Origin: Octopus vulgaris | Taxonomy: Eukaryota | Assembly (NCBI GenBank): GCA_951406725.2 | Contig: OX597823.1 | Coordinates: forward strand, 92,752,001-92,816,000 | Length of the DNA: 64,000 nucleotides | Direction of reading: 5' to 3' | Shown: positions 27,033 to 38,711 of the stretch, in pieces | How positions within the stretch are numbered: the stretch's first letter is position 1 | Layout: every line of letters begins with the position of its first letter | Position numbers and translations under genes: made by a program | Notes under the pieces: model-generated | What the model was told of the DNA's origin: nothing | Seen by the model: the letters and a program-made list of their open reading frames with translations, nothing else | Databases searched by the model: none

Positions 27033-28058
27033 ATATATATTGTTTCTATATATATTATTTCTACTTTCAAGTGGCGGAGGATTATCAGAATCCCAAGAGC
27101 GACAAAAAAAGATGACTTGTGCTTATTTAATAATTGCATGTTCTGAGTTCAAATCCAACCAAAATTGATTTTACCTTTGAAACATTCATGGACCATGCAA
27201 TCAAGCTTCTCTCAAATACTTGTTTCGATGAGATAGACAAATCCCCACCTTTTGCTTTGCCCCCTTTCCGCCAAATTAGATACAATTATTTCAGTTTGAA
27301 ACACTTTTGAGCAATCCATTTCAACGTAGAAACACTCTACAGTCAGGTCCCATTAATTATCAGGTATTTGAGAAACGATAGATATTTACGAAGTTTGTCT
27401 CCAGTGGTACTTAGGTGAGTGTTTACTCTTTCAAATAATTGACATGTTTTAATACGAAAAGTTGCTCTATCAGAAGGGTAACACATATACAGAATGGCGG
27501 GGAGCAACTGATGGTAAAATGTTGCTTAATATAGCAAGACTTGTTTTTTTCTTTATGAAGGCAAAAACATAGAAGGCCTTTAGTTTGAGAACTTGTGAAA
27601 AAACACGTTAAAGAAAATAAAATCATAAAAGCCATATCCTGAAAAAGAAATAGAGAAAGGGAAAGAACATTCTGTCCGTACTAAGCAACAGTATACATAT
27701 TTTCTCCCTTTTCCACCTAGCTTCTATATTACTCCTAGCTTCCTCACTTGAAGTATATTCAATTAACCATGCTACGCCAAATGGAAATTACCACTTAGAT
27801 GCGGTAACAATTGTGAACATCATAATCAAAGAATCCACTAGGATTAACGGTTAAATGGTATAACGAAATATATTCTAGGAAAAACACTAAAGTTCGTGTA
27901 ATATAATCAAATATACATACTGGGTGAATTACATGCTGCTTGGTCAATTTGGTAATAATTTCCGTCATATGTTCGCTACACTTAGTTCGTGCTGCATTTG
28001 AATGAATTTAGTATATTTTCAAATGCGTGTGTTTGGCGTGTTTGTGTGTATATATATG

Positions 28059-28135
<77 letters not shown>

Positions 28136-28149
28136 AAAAAATGAAGTTC

Positions 28150-28885
28150 GAAAATACTGCTGTATTATACAATTTTTAATTTTTATATATACATTATAAC
28201 ATGTTTCAGTTCCTGAAATGAACCTTATCAAAAAAAGTTATATATAAAAAGAGACAGCTCATGCCGTCAAACACAAGAAATTTATTTATAATACACAACG
28301 GAGTCAGACATCTTAGAGTTCATGTATAGTTGATATATAGTTCATGTATAGTTGATATATAGTTTGAAGTATATTTCAAAGTGTTCGATGCAGTGGCCCA
28401 CGGTGGCGATACGTATTCAATACAAAAAACAGATCAAAGTGGTGGAAAGCGGTCAATACAGAAGATTGATGTTTCCGAAAGAGCGAGGAATTCATTTTTA
28501 CCTTAAGCAATTGTGATGACCCATGGTGGAAGTTCGCTGGGTGGTTCTAGTGATTTTTTGTGAAATGCTTGGTTTTATAATGCCTGTTAGGTGGTCAATC
28601 TAGCGTAGCGTGACGTCATCAATGTTTTTACCAATCGTTTCGTTAGGTGGCTTTAATCAAGTGGAACGGGACGTCATCAATATTTTGACCAATCGCTGCA
28701 TTATAACTCCCTCTTGTTTGTTTCCTGTCTTGACCAGTCGCTTCGTTAGTCAAGCATAGCGGGATGTCATCCAGATTCTGCCCAATCACGACTTATAGCT
28801 ACATTAGATCTGCCCCCTGTCTGTACTTGTTAGGTGACTATTCAAGCAGAAAAGGACGTCATCAATATTCTGACTAATGACTGTC
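28150..28885 (-). mobile_element. Putative PLE 3' region: CRE/CCAAT array, TATA, degenerate HHR
   Basis: Four copies of gacgtcatcaat...accaat at about 28610-28880, TATAAAA on the minus strand at 28573-28579, and a minus HHR-like uugauaa gguuc..gaacu GAAA caug UU at about 28195-28232. Confidence 0.45.
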
Positions 28886-28903
28886 TCCTGTTTGTATCCT
28901 GTT

Positions 28904-28985
<82 letters not shown>

Positions 28986-29597
28986 TTCATTCATACATAT
29001 ATATATTTATACACACGTACATCAAGCATACATGCACACACACAGAGACACCAACATATACAACAAAACAGGAGATATTAAGATATATTTTAAAGCTATA
29101 AAGAACAAAATAACTTTGTACATTAGTACCATATGTGTCAACATTGTTTTGTTCATTTGATTAGCTGTTAAAAGTGAAAACCGGTTAGTAATAAATATAA
29201 TTAGCGCTTTTGTGACAACAGATTTTCTGTTTGAAATTTATGAACATCATAAAAAATAAATAACATTATTATTTTTTTTAAAATCTGAAATATTCTTGCT
29301 ATGAATTTTAAGAAATATACGCAGATATTTAAGAAATATAACATTATTTTGATATTACTTTTTAGAAAAATGTTACATTTCACTAAAAAAAAAAAATTTT
29401 CACATTAATTTGTACTTCAAATCTATTTTTTTTATCTAATTTCTAAATTTATTTCTGTATATAAAAAAAAAAACACTTATTGCACTTTTAACACAATTGT
29501 TTGGCTAAGAAACTTTATTTCCCTTTCAACACTATTATGTCGTTAAGAATATATTGATGCAAGCCAAATACAATTTTGTGAATTACTGATAATGCAT

Positions 29598-29751
29598 CAT
29601 TTACATTATTTACATTGGACGGATACGTGTCCTCATCTTGTTTCTTGTTATCACAACGTTTCAGCTGATTTGCTATCCAGCCTTCATCAGGTGTCCTGGT
29701 GGAACTTTGAACCCAACCCTATGTTCTCATTCCTAAGGTAATTTTTGTTGA

Positions 29752-29760
<9 letters not shown>
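29598..29760 (-). mobile_element. Further copy of the 17.6 kb HHR tail (HHR at 29651-29694)
   Basis: acac CUGAUGA a ggcug..cagcu GAAA cg UU guga with the same flanks as 17600-17750. No tRNA head remains. Confidence 0.8.
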
Positions 29761-29831
<71 letters not shown>

Positions 29832-29837
29832 TTTTTA

Positions 29838-29972
29838 TTTCAAATTCCGCCGAGGTCGAATTTGCCTTTCATCTTTTCGGGGTCGATAAAATAAGTATAA
29901 GTCGTACATTTGACTCGATGTAATCGAATTAACCCCTTCCCCTAAAATGTCTGCCCTTGTGGCAAACGTTGA
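29838..29972 (+). mobile_element. SINE family B, 5'-truncated
   Basis: tcaaattccgccgaggtcgaatttgcctttcatcttttcggggtcgataaaataag. Confidence 0.75.
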
Positions 29973-30017
29973 ACCCCCTCCTCCCCCTTCTCCTCCTCCT
30001 CCTCCTCCTCCTACTAC

Positions 30018-30044
<27 letters not shown>

Positions 30045-30048
<4 letters not shown>

Positions 30049-30950
30049 TAGTCTTATTTTTATCAAGTGTTTTCACTGCACTACCAAGCGAAGCTCTGTG
30101 TGCCTTGGGTATGTGCTGTGGTTTGTTGCGAGGTTCTCATTTTACTGTATTGAAAGTGTTATACGAAGGATGTTTGCGGTGTCACGTAGTGCTATTTTTT
30201 GTATGGTATATATACTTGTCAGTCCTGAGGAATTTGTGATGTAATTGTGTGTATATTTTTTTATAATCCTTAATGCACCTAATATGATAAGAATTGTTTA
30301 CTGATTTTAGACTCCCCAATTGAGTTACCTCTATTTCCAGGTCTTTAAATTTTGAAAGTTTTTCCGTTTCTTTTAGAGAAACATTATAATCTGTTCGTGT
30401 TGATACATCGATTAGAACACATTCTCTTTCTTATTGCTATTGTATCCGGCCTACTGGCCTTAATTTCTCTGTGTGTAATAGCATATCTCAGAATACGGTT
30501 GCTTTCTCATTTTCTGTGACCTTTTCTGGTGCGTGCCTATACCATCATCTTCTGTTGTTATTCCATAGTGTTGGCATAGCTTCAAGCTTATAACGGTCGT
30601 GTCTGTGAATATATTCCTTCTTAGCCAGGACTGGGCAGCCATAGACAATATGATTTATTATTTCTTGTCCGTCTCCACATATTCTGCAGTTGTTGTATTT
30701 CTTTTCTTTACATGTTTTTGGTAATTTCTAGTGACAAGGCTTTGGTCTTGTGCTGCAATTAAAAATCCTCCATTCGCTGCTTTGAGTCCTGAGCTCATCA
30801 ACCATTGTTGGGATCTTGCGTTGTCTATGTCCTTTTTGTTTAGTTTATTCCAGTATTTGCCATGAGGGGGCTTTTCTTGCAATCGTTTTATCATGATCCG
30901 TTGCTGCTCGAGTTTTAGTTTGGATTTCCTTGGCGTATAGTTTCTCCACC
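30045..30950 (-). mobile_element. R4/Dong-clade non-LTR retrotransposon 3' fragment (CCHC finger and restriction-like endonuclease)
   Basis: HGKYW...WL..SGLK...GFLIAAQDQSLVTRNY, CRIC...HIV.GCPVLAKKEYIHRHD, ..LIDVS.., KLSKFKDL across frameshifts. The 3' end runs into (TAA)n. Confidence 0.88.
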
Positions 30951-30984
30951 TGGACAGGACCCCAGTCCGTCGCAGCTGAGCCGC

Positions 30985-31178
30985 AAGATGCAAGAAGAAA
31001 GAGTGAGAGAAAGTTGTGGCGAAAGAATCATCAGAAGTTCGCCATTACCTTCTGCCGGAGCCGCGTGGAGCTTAGATGTTTCGCCCATAAACACACATAT
31101 CGCCCGGTCTTAGATTCGAACCCGCTATCCCACAACCGCAAGTCGGTTGCCCTAACCACTAGGCTATGTGTATCCACA
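30985..31178 (-). mobile_element. SINE family C 5' part
   Basis: aagaaagagtgagagaaagttgtggcgaaaga...ccggagccgcgtggagctt..., as in about 13460-13640. Confidence 0.75.
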
Positions 31179-31994
31179 TAAAAGAACATACAGATCCTTT
31201 ATTAGTATTGTAGATACACGGGATAGGTTTCCTGGCTTCCATGGCTCATATATTCCTCGCCCGGTTCGTCGCAAGTTTACATATGTATGTCAGGTGAGTG
31301 AACTGGGGTAACATGAAATTAAATGCTTTGACGTTTTCAGGTTTGGTGCTTGAATAGTGGTTGATTAGATATGACATGGCATTTTGCAATCGCCATTAAA
31401 TAAATTTATAGTTTCATATCTATCATAAGAATCCATCGCCTATCCGAGGAATCGAAACCACAATATAACGCTCATGAATCTAACAGCCAGCTTTCCAAAA
31501 GACCTCTGTGATCTATGTAGTGTAGAAACGGATGTGCTCAAAAACGAAGACGACAAATTTCAGGTGTTATACCTGATAGACCGAGATCTCGGCAAAGAAG
31601 TCCATCTCTGTTGAAATCACTACTTCAACAGAGCTGATCCTTGATTCCAGAAACAGAACCAAATGAAGTTCCGAATAAAAATGCCATAACCTTAGTAGTC
31701 GAGTCTCAGAGAGAAAACAAAATCATAGCATTGCTGAAACCTAGAACAGAGTGAAACCTAGAACAGAGTAAAAGTATACGTAGTTGGAATTTATAAAAAA
31801 AAACTGAACAAAAAACGAAAACAGGTGTGTAAACTATAAACAGATGTATTAGTTTCACGCTCGAGAAGTGAGAAAGTCTTTTACTTTTCGAGCCTACGCT
31901 CCTCAAAAGAAAGGCACACAGAAATAAGTAGAGAGAGAGAATAAAACTATATGTATGCATGTGTGTACACCTCTCCACCAAATATATATATAGG

Positions 31995-32135
31995 ACCGGT
32001 TTCTATCTCTTTCCTTCTACCAAATCCACTCTCAAACCTTTTGTCGGTCCGAGGCGATAGTAGGAGGCACTTGCCTAAGGTGCCATGTAAAGGACTGAAC
32101 CATAGACCCTGTGGTGGTGATGCAAAATTGTTATA
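31995..32135 (-). mobile_element. SINE family A 5' fragment
   Basis: ctaccaaatccactc...cacttgcctaaggtgcc...ggactgaacc. Confidence 0.65.
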
Positions 32136-32245
32136 GGTCTTTATAGATCTGATTGTGTGGAGAAAAGAAAACAATGTTGCCATATACATAATCGCACACA
32201 CGCACACACACACACACATATATATATATAGCATACACATATATC

Positions 32246-32276
<31 letters not shown>

Positions 32277-32346
32277 ACATATATATATATACGTATATGT
32301 ATATATGTAAGGAAGAGGAAAACAAGAACAAGTCATACCATTCATA

Positions 32347-32931
32347 GTGACACACAACCCATGTCACCAGAATATCTTCAACATTGCCAAAGCAAACCTA
32401 CCAATCATTGCCCAAAGTAATGAATTAAAAGACATAATCAAGGATCGAGCTATGGTGCTTAGTAAAAGACAGCCTAAAAACTTGAAAACATTACTAACAA
32501 AGGCAAAATTTGACCTCAGCAACAAAGACCAAACATTCACGGTATCTAAATGCAATGATAGCCGATGTGGCACATGCCAATTCATACATACCGGTCAATA
32601 TATAAACACAAAAACCGGGAAAATATTCACAAACGCGAATATGAACTGCAAAAGCAGAAATTTAATTTACTGCATCAAATGCCCAAATTGTGAAGAAATA
32701 TATGTAGGTCAGACGGGAAACGCACTATTAGAACGCTCACGTGTACACCGGCAACAGATTAGAGACCCAGAGGTCCGTCAGATACCTTTGAGTAACCACC
32801 TAGCAACATGTGGTCGGAAAATATATATAATATTTCCATTCTACAAATTACACAGCCCAAGTGAAATCGAGAGGAAAATCAGAGAAAAGAATTTTATTGA
32901 TAAATTCGAACCCAAGCTAAATAAGCAATAA
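32347..32931 (+). CDS. PLE linker zinc finger and GIY-YIG endonuclease (C-terminal fragment)
   Basis: THNP...SKRQPKNLKTLLT, CNDSRCGTC, NLIYCIKCPNCEEIYVGQT, R..VH, NH, RE..FI....PKLN. The frame is uninterrupted. Confidence 0.9.
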   Translation: MTHNPCHQNIFNIAKANLPIIAQSNELKDIIKDRAMVLSKRQPKNLKTLLTKAKFDLSNKDQTFTVSKCNDSRCGTCQFIHTGQYINTKTGKIFTNANMNCKSRNLIYCIKCPNCEEIYVGQTGNALLERSRVHRQQIRDPEVRQIPLSNHLATCGRKIYIIFPFYKLHSPSEIERKIREKNFIDKFEPKLNKQ

Positions 32932-33425
32932 TAATAATACTTAGAGGTATTACTTCCACTGCTACGACCATGACCACTAACAACAACAACAATACTAAAG
33001 GTGATCAAGACGAAGATAGCAGGAAAATTATCTTATTTAGGGTTAAAAGTTCTATTGCCACCACCATCACCACTAGCAACAATAATTAAGGTGCTGACAA
33101 TGATGATGATGACAATTGAAATATAAAAATATAAAAATCTCTGACAAAGGATATTTACAACATTTCTAAAAATAACCCAACAATTGCTGCTTCGGCCAGG
33201 GTCAAGATACAGGACTCTTGACCTGTCCAACAAAGCGTGATGCCTAAACCAATCAGCTCAACCAACCAATCAGCTTAAGTAATTGAGTGATACTACACAC
33301 TGATTGGTCAGAATACAGTTTGCAAAACCTAGCACTCTGGAGCCTACCCAGCTGTATTTATAGCACAGAATCACTCATCTTGCTACAGTCAAAAATTGTG
33401 AAGCATGACTGTCAACACTACTACA

Positions 33426-33470
33426 TGAACCCGAAGATTGCAGAATTCAATGCATGAAAGTACTAGTTCA
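33426..33470 (+). ncRNA. Minimal type I HHR (core variant CCGAAGA)
   Basis: ugaac CCGAAGA u ugca(gaauucaa)ugca u GAAA guac UA guuca. Helix I is ugaac/guuca; helix III is the palindrome AGUACU. Confidence 0.75.
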
Positions 33471-33651
33471 ATCAGAATGAATATTTAACATTCTACTATT
33501 TCATTTTATTTTATTCAATTATAATATATTATCTTATAATATATCATTATAAGATTGTAAATAAAACGTGAAAATCAGACAAGGTTGGAATTCTTTTTAT
33601 TAATATATTCTTCTATACACAATCACACACCCCCATATATATATATATCTA

Positions 33652-33694
<43 letters not shown>

Positions 33695-33696
<2 letters not shown>

Positions 33697-33905
33697 GAGG
33701 GGTGCTGAGAGTTTCCTTGCTTTATGGGCATCGCGAAAGTCTTGGTTAGAGTCCTAACCTTCTGAGCTGTTCTGCAGAACTTAGAAAAACTGAAGTACTG
33801 CACTAATAAATGTATGAATCTGATAAGAGATTATGTTGAATAAAATGTTAATTAACTGACTCTGCGGTATTTTCTTTTACCCCAAGCCAGATTTTAAGCA
33901 ATCCA
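33695..33905. mobile_element. Mariner-derived MITE, degraded
   Basis: TA|cgaggggtgctgagagtttcc start. The right TIR is poorly preserved. Confidence 0.5.
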
Positions 33906-34548
33906 GGAATATTGCTGAGTATTTTGTGATGTTAACATTTTATAATAAATTTTCAAGTACTAAACGGAAAAATTGCTACTGTAGCAGAGTGTGGTTAATG
34001 ATAAAAACTGTTGCACGGAGACATAGTGTCATGTGACTTGTTATGTGATGCAAGACAATGACGATTGCAAAATGTCATGTCATATCTAATCAACCACTAT
34101 TCAAACACCAAACCTGAAAGCGTCAATAGTTATTCAGAAACAATTGTTTTAATTATCATTGGGCATCGATTATAAATGTATATTTGTTCAGTACACTTCT
34201 TGAAGCATCTTTGGTTTCAAGAAACTTGACCAGGTAATCAAAATTATACTTGAGACTTTTGAACTGTTTATTATTAGTTTTCGTATTCAAAAGACGTGAA
34301 AGATTATTAGGATATTCACTGGTAGTTTGCGATTCTAAATACGTCAACCGGCAATAATCCATATTTAATTGTATATACTTAATTTCACTTTGTGATAAGC
34401 TTTTGTACGTTGTTGAATATCAGACTTGCAAAGAACAATTTACCTATAGTGCTGAAGTAAATAGCTGCTACTACTGCTGCTTGTAATGTTGCTATTGCTG
34501 CTGATGTCACAATAATGATTTGATACGAGATTTTTATCATGTCTATAT

Positions 34549-34696
34549 CAGGCATGGGAAATCATTTTTCGAGAAGCGGTCCGCATGGGACAAGGCTTAT
34601 ATTCAAACGAGCCGCCCTACTAAAATATATTCAATATAAATTTTCGTCAGGTGAGCCATGCAGAAAGTCCAACGATCTCCAGTTTGCTAATGACTT
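34549..34696. mobile_element. hAT (Charlie/Buster-like) MITE
   Basis: Starts CAGGCATGGGAAA and ends in degenerate tttgctaatgactt. The 8-bp TSD GTCTATAT lies at 34541-34548 and 34697-34704. Confidence 0.7.
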
Positions 34697-35391
34697 GTCT
34701 ATATTATCGCCTTTAAATAAGAATATTTGTTTAGACGAGGAGAAATATTTGACTACATAGGAAATTCGCGATATATTTGACAGACTGCCTTTTCGACACT
34801 TGTCCAATTTGGCGAACAGTGACACTCGACAACTTGGCCGAATCAGAATTCTTCTCTGCAACTTTACGAAAAGTTCGACATAGTAGGTACATTAGCTAAT
34901 ATGTTTTGTCAGATGAAATGTTGTCGACAGCGAGAATCCTGCTTCGTTGGTGTCCAAGAAACCAACAGTTAGACTGATATATATCATGTAAAAGAAGTTC
35001 CTTGCTTACTATCTTTTATTGCAGCTGACACGAGAGACAATGGCGTTAACTGGCCCTCACCATTATATTTTATTTTTGAACTCAGGGTTAAAATATTCTA
35101 GACACCGGATGAGACATAGAAGATTAATCGGCCTCAAGAGAGAATCTCCACTGCAATAATGAAGAGTACCAACGCCATCATAGTAACCTGTGTTTCCGGT
35201 TTTCTACTGTAATATTCAACAAAGTATAAAAGAAAGAAAAGAGAAAGATAAAGCTAGCGGCAGTTCCGCACAAGAAAGAAGAAAACAATGAAATGAAATA
35301 ATTGAGACATAAATTCAAAATAAGACATCAATTATTATTATAGACAGCCAATATATGAGTGAAGATGCTGTAGGTCTCTAAAGACCGAAAT

Positions 35392-35502
35392 AAGACGTGT
35401 TATGTAATCGAATGAATTCATACCACATAATTCTGAGATAAAATTGTGCTGGGATGGATCTGTTAACTTCTTTACAATGTGAATGAAATAAAAATTAATG
35501 AA
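35392..35502. repeat. About 110-bp direct repeat, second copy at about 37088-37198
   Basis: agacgtgttatgtaatcgaatgaatt...gaaataaaaattaatgaa appears twice. Confidence 0.85.
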
Positions 35503-36423
35503 ATATTGGGTTCATTTGAATAAATTTACAGTTTGATATCTATCATAAGAAAAAGGAAAGGAAATTTACACCAAGCGTATACGCAATTTCATTTTGTCTC
35601 TTCCAATGGACTCAAGTCCCGCTGAGTTCAAGTTTGCCTTTCGTCCTTTCAACTCGATAAAATGAACTATCGATCAAGTGCTGGATGTAGTAGGCTGCGA
35701 CTAATCCCCTTTCCTCAGAATTTCCGGTCTTATGCCTAAATCACGATCTATTTCCTAATTCCTGTTAACAGGGAGTCATGCATCGGACAACATGGTAACA
35801 GAATCGTTAACGCATCGGGGAAAATTCATAACAATATTTCTTCACGTTCTTTACGTTCTGAGATCAAATTTCATCAAGGTCAACTTCTACCTTCTTCCTA
35901 AAATCGCTGGTTTCGTCCCGGATTAAGAAACCAACAAGAAAACATCCGTGAATGCGTAGTTCTTGATTTCTATCTTTAGTTGGAGCCACTTTATAGCAAA
36001 ATAGTTTGAAACTATGTCTATAAAGCAGTGAAGACTAACAACAAATTACTACCTGACAACCAGCTGTAGTGTCAGCAATTCGAACCCTGTTGCCAATTCT
36101 ATATTCTATCCTTGGCCCCCAAAATATCTCTGACTGCCCAAACAACTTAACTTTAACTAGGTTGAGTATCATAATGGAAATGGTTTCTGCACGCAGTTCT
36201 CAAAGTTCCATGGTTTTTTTTACAATTTAAAGCAATATTTTAATAAATAGCTGACTTTTCCCTAAATACAACTCGAACTAGCGAGTCAGTGATGTGACAT
36301 TTAGAGTAATCCCTCGCCATACCGTGTTTCACCTATCTCTATTTATTATTTAAGCTTACGTCGATTCCTCTGTGGTGCTGTTCTGCATTTATAATAAAAT
36401 AAATATATAGAAATTATTAAAAA

Positions 36424-36925
36424 GGCGGCGAGCTAGCAGAAAAGTTAGCAGACCGGGCGAAATGCTTAGCGGTATTTCGTCAGCCGTTACGTTCTGAGTT
36501 CAAATTCTGCTGAGGTCGACTTTGCCTTTCATCCTTTCGGGGTCGATTAAATAAGTACCAGTTACGCACTGGGGTCAATGTAATCGACTTAATCCGTTTG
36601 TCCCCTTTGTGTGTTTAGCCCCTTGTGGGTAGTAAAGAAATAGGTATTTCGTCTGCCGCTACGTTCTGAGTTCAAATTCCGCCGAGGTTGACATTGCCTT
36701 TCATCCTTTCGGGGTCGATTAAATAAGTACCAGTTACGCACTGGTGTCGATATAATCGACTTAATCCGTTTGTCTGTCTTTGTTTTTCCTCTCTGTGCTT
36801 AGCTCATTTTGGGTAGTAAAGAAATAGGTATTTCGTCTGCCGATACGTTCTGAGTTCAAATTCCGCCGAGGTCGACTTTACCTTTTATCCTTGTTTAGCC
36901 CCTTGTGAGAAATAAACAAATAAGA
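36424..36925 (+). mobile_element. SINE family B with about 2.5 tandem body units
   Basis: One head, with ggtatttcgtc restarts at 36471, 36643 and 36827. Confidence 0.88.
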
Positions 36926-37454
36926 AATTATTTAAAAATATACAGTCCTGATTCTACTTCGCGGATTTTCACCTATCACGAGGGGTTTGGGAAAGTAACA
37001 TTCTCGATAGGATGTTCCAAATGTTTGATATGAATTTTCGTCTTTGATTGTTTAAGCAGTAGTAGTAGAGAAAGGAGGTGGCGGAGAAGACGTGTTATGT
37101 AATCGAATGAATTTATGCCACATAATTCTGAGATAAAATTGTGCTGGGATGGATTTGTTAACTTCTTTACAATATGAATGAAATAAAAATTAATGAAGAA
37201 GAAGATAATGAAGAAGAAGAAGGAGAAGAAGAAGAAAAACATAATGAAGAAGAAGAAGAAAGAAAGAAACAATGCGGATGTGGTTTTACAGTAGAAGGAT
37301 GTTAAATGGTCAAGTAACCTAAAATAGACTTGTTGTGGATGATAGCAGGGATTGAAAATGCTGTGAATAAATTCTTGAGGTAACGGTTTTCAATGCATCG
37401 TTTTTAATATTTGCGTGGGTGTTATTCTAAGGTGCTGTTGAATATGTCGTTTGC

Positions 37455-38335
37455 TGTGAATGCATTCAAAAGGGGTTTATATTTTGTGATAAAGAATGAC
37501 TCTTTATTAAGGCGTTGGCTGCAGCTTATATCATCCCTGAATTGACAGAGGGGGACATTCTGAAGCTGGGGTTTTTATTATTGGCGCAAATGTCAATGTG
37601 TTCGCCGAATGCTATTTTTCTGTTTTTCGGAATTTTGATCTGGGATCTGTGTAGAGCCATCCTTTGACGTAAAGTGTTTTTTGCTATATATTGCTACTTT
37701 TTGCTATGTAGTGCTCTCGACACCCAAAGCAGGTAAATTTGAATATCAGATACTCCGAAGCACATTTGAAGTTGCTTTTCACTGTAAAACATTGTCCCTG
37801 TTTCAAAGAGAACTCCGATATCTCAATTAAATTGACGCATATACCACAGTTGGGTCATCTGCATTTTTTTACTGACGGCTTCAGTGTATTCGGGTTTGTG
37901 TTAGGAGATTTTTCAAAGATTTGAGCTGTCTTTTGCTTTTTACGAGGGTGTGTGTCTGGAAAATTACATTCATTCTGTGGTCCCTTATTACTAGGGGAAT
38001 GTTTTGGAGGATGGTATCGAAGTCTTCATTAAAAGGATTGTGTATGGAGATGTATGGTAGGGCTTGTAGTTGTAAATCCTTCTTTCATTTGGGATAACTG
38101 AGTTCGTGGACGATGAATTGTTGAAGGACACGTTGGAAGTATATGCCAATTAGTGAAGGTGGGTAGTTCCTGATGACTTAGTGTATCCTTTAGTTCATGT
38201 AGTCGTGTGTCTCTGGTGTTTGCATTAGAAACTATAGTGCATATCCTTTTTGCTAGTTTGAAGGGGATATTCATTCTAGTGTTTCTGGGGTGGGATGAGT
38301 TGAACGGTAGATATTGCTTGTAGTCTGAGGGCTAC
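37455..38335 (-). pseudogene. Degraded PLE: RT C-terminus, zinc finger and GIY-YIG
   Basis: SDYKQYLPFNSSHPRNTRMNIPFKLAKRICTIVS, SKRQLKSLKNLLT, KCR*PNCGIC, CASEYLIFKFTCFGCREHYIA, LRQRMALHRSQI, EHIDIC, FFITKYKPLLN across frameshifts. Confidence 0.85.
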
Positions 38336-38347
38336 AATATATATATA

Positions 38348-38648
38348 GTGAAGATTATTTGCCAACATAAAGTGGCAGTCTCGGTTGGTACAAATGTTAT
38401 TGATATTTAGCCCGAGGAAACATCTTCCTGAGTTGGCTATACGACACGCAATCTGTGTTCTTGTAATTGCGAACAGGGGTGCTTATCATCTCCAACCAGC
38501 ACAAAGCAATATCTGTAGACCGCGGTTTCTGGGTTATTCTAGTTCCTTGGCACTGAACAATTGCTCGGCTGGAGATGACGCTGCAGAACACTAGTTCGAA
38601 AATATATATAACTTTCAAAATGACTGTGTGTCACTTTGAAGGTGTTTA
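38348..38648 (+). mobile_element. Structured non-coding repeat, diverged relative of the 48.8-49.8 kb unit
   Basis: Shares tgtta.tg.t..atttagccc.agg..aacatc, a gacac hairpin, gacc..ggtttc, a long stem and a terminal tttcaa..ttgaa hairpin. It is flanked by (TA)n. Confidence 0.55.
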
Positions 38649-38651
38649 TAT

Positions 38652-38711
<60 letters not shown>

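Larger units (their letters stand above)
32308..33600 (+). mobile_element. 5'-truncated Penelope-like element (C-terminal GIY-YIG; Naiad/Neptune-like)
   Basis: Open GIY-YIG frame, then a 3' region with CCAAT boxes (about 33248-33310) and an HHR (33426-33470), flanked by TA-rich tracts. Confidence 0.88.

Noticed and set aside
36471-36900. CRISPR-like repeat array
   Set aside because: These are whole SINE body units in eukaryotic DNA, with no unique spacers and no cas genes.
37850-37862. In-frame UGA in the PLE zinc finger (KCR*PNCGIC) as selenocysteine, as in Naiad selenoproteins
   Set aside because: The UGA is not at a Cys position, is likely a CGA-to-TGA decay, and the copy is frameshifted elsewhere.
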